Source of the DNA: Pseudomonas aeruginosa PAO1
GTDB lineage: Bacteria; Pseudomonadota; Gammaproteobacteria; Pseudomonadales; Pseudomonadaceae
Strand: one strand, 5' to 3'
Assembly (NCBI RefSeq): GCF_000006765.1
Contig: NC_002516.2
Length of the DNA: 64,000 nucleotides
The first letter of the stretch is position 1. Every line of letters starts with the position of its first letter. A model generated the notes under the pieces. The model worked only from the letters and a program-made list of their open reading frames with translations, had not been told where the DNA came from and did not search any database. Both the position numbers and the translations under genes were made by a program. Of the stretch, positions 62,584 through 64,000 are shown piece by piece.

Positions 62584-64000
62584 TTACTTCAGGTCCTCGC
62601 GCGGCGGTTTGCCGGGCTGGCTGGCGTAGTCCGGCAGGGCGCTGATCGCCTGTTCCTTGTCGGGGATGCTGGACGGGTCGAGGTCGCCGCCGACGTTGCG
62701 CGGGTCGGTGGGGATCGCCGAGGGAATCACCACGGTGCGCTCGGCCAGCGGCCAGCCGAGAATGGTCTCCAGGCGCCCGCCTTCCTCCTCGGGGCCGGTG
62801 ATGGCGTCCAGGCGCAGCGGCAGCGGATGGCCGATCAGCCGTTCGACCTCGCCCGCCGCCTCCGGCGCGGCCAGGGTCAGGCCGGTGCGGTAGAAGCCCG
62901 GCAGACTCGAGCGCGGCACATAGACCCGCAGCAGGGCACCGTTGCGGATCCGGCCGCGCGCGTCGGGTTCCTGGTCCTGGGCGTAGCCGTAGGCCAGCGC
63001 CGGATCGCCGGCGATATAGAAACCGCGCCAGATCGCGTCGAGGTCCTGGCTGCGCGCGCGCACCCCGCCGAAGACGATGCTTTGCGCCGCTTCGAGGAAG
63101 GTGCCGTGGTAGCCGACGAACACATAGCCGCGCTCCTCCAGTTGGCGGTGCGCCTGGAGCAGCCGCTCCACCGTCCAGTTCTGCGTGCCGCGGGTGCTGA
63201 AGCTGATGTCGCCGCCGTCGCCGAGGAACTCCGCGCCAGTGGGATAGTTGCGCTCCAGCAGGGCGTCGCCGCTGTCCGCCGGGCCCGCGCATTCACCGGC
63301 GGCGACCGGGCAGGTCAGGCTCACCACGTCGGCGCTGGCCGCGCCGGCCTCGTCGTTGCCTGTGCCCTGCCGGACGAAGCGCTCGCTCTCGGCGGCGGCC
63401 AGGGTCAGGGCCAGACGGGCCTGCTCCGGCTGCTCGCGGATCGCTTCGCCCAGGTCGCCGCCGCTGCCGGGGCTGGCCAGGGCGTTGCGGATCACCTGGT
63501 CGACCTGGTTCCACGACAGCCGCGCCGCCAGGTAGAGGGCGACCAGCCGCTGCACCGGATAGCCGCACTGCTCCAGTTGTTCCCAGCCGCGCGGCTGGCG
63601 ATGACGGGTGAAGGTCTCCAGCGGCAGGTGGCAGGCCTGGTGCGCGGTCAGCGCGGCCAGGCTGCCGCCCTCGGGGAAATGCAGGCGATGACTGATGACC
63701 GTGGGCTTGATGTCCAGGTCATGCTTCGCCGGGTTGCCGGCGAGCACCCGGTAGATCTTGCCTTCCCAGGTATCGTCGAGGTTGCAGCGCTGCTGGGCGA
63801 GGTAGTTGTAGACCCCGTCCAGCGGGTCGAGCAGGCACAACACCTTGCCGCTGGCCCATTCGCTCCAGCGCTTTTCCCGGCGCGGCTGGGCCTGGGCCAT
63901 GACCACGCTGACCCCGGCATGGCTGATGGCGAGCGTCGGCTGCATCTCGTTGCTCTCGTGCGCCCTGACGAAGAAGGTGGCATCGCGCGCCAGCTTCGCC
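62584..64000 (-). CDS. toxA: Exotoxin A, eEF2 ADP-ribosyltransferase (5'-truncated)
   Basis: Frame open to the window end (AKLARDATFFVRAHESNEMQPTL); furin site RHRQPRG, YHGT, RLETILGW catalytic Glu, C-terminal REDLK. Confidence 0.99.
   Translation of the reverse strand, partial: AKLARDATFFVRAHESNEMQPTLAISHAGVSVVMAQAQPRREKRWSEWASGKVLCLLDPLDGVYNYLAQQRCNLDDTWEGKIYRVLAGNPAKHDLDIKPTVISHRLHFPEGGSLAALTAHQACHLPLETFTRHRQPRGWEQLEQCGYPVQRLVALYLAARLSWNQVDQVIRNALASPGSGGDLGEAIREQPEQARLALTLAAAESERFVRQGTGNDEAGAASADVVSLTCPVAAGECAGPADSGDALLERNYPTGAEFLGDGGDISFSTRGTQNWTVERLLQAHRQLEERGYVFVGYHGTFLEAAQSIVFGGVRARSQDLDAIWRGFYIAGDPALAYGYAQDQEPDARGRIRNGALLRVYVPRSSLPGFYRTGLTLAAPEAAGEVERLIGHPLPLRLDAITGPEEEGGRLETILGWPLAERTVVIPSAIPTDPRNVGGDLDPSSIPDKEQAISALPDYASQPGKPPREDLK

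Overview
GC-rich Pseudomonas aeruginosa chromosomal segment with no prophage, IS, CRISPR, tRNA or rRNA visible. Gene order and protein sizes match what I recall of PAO1 PA1091 (fgtA, 5'-truncated) to PA1148 (toxA, 5'-truncated); the recalled fliC and toxA coordinates fit a constant offset of about 1,178,000, which I could not verify here. The first 20 kb is the b-type flagellin locus and the fleQ-fleSR-fliEFGHIJ block, with readable sigma28, sigma54 and FleQ sites. The rest is a mosaic: two diguanylate cyclase loci (roeA, yfiRNB), dgt-cobB, fosA, the quorum-controlled PA1131-rhlC operon, a carbonyl/electrophile-detoxification neighbourhood, allE, a poorly characterised transporter/hydrolase cluster, and exotoxin A. 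Most interesting observations: (1) four copies of a TGGTCTAGACCA HutC/UTRA-GntR-type operator that tie the OPA-type antiporter, HAD phosphatase and GntR genes, and possibly the neighbouring LysR/Fe-ADH/APC module, into a putative uncharacterised organophosphate regulon; (2) a 63-aa SutA-like protein with its own sigma70 promoter; (3) an unlisted 43-aa very basic small ORF with a near-perfect SD; (4) a lipoprotein gene broken by an in-frame amber codon just after its lipobox; (5) a LuxR solo with Cys in place of the AHL-binding Asp, next to two palindromic operators upstream of hchA; (6) a standalone C39-like Cys-His-Asp peptidase; (7) a one-base frameshift in the second peptide deformylase.
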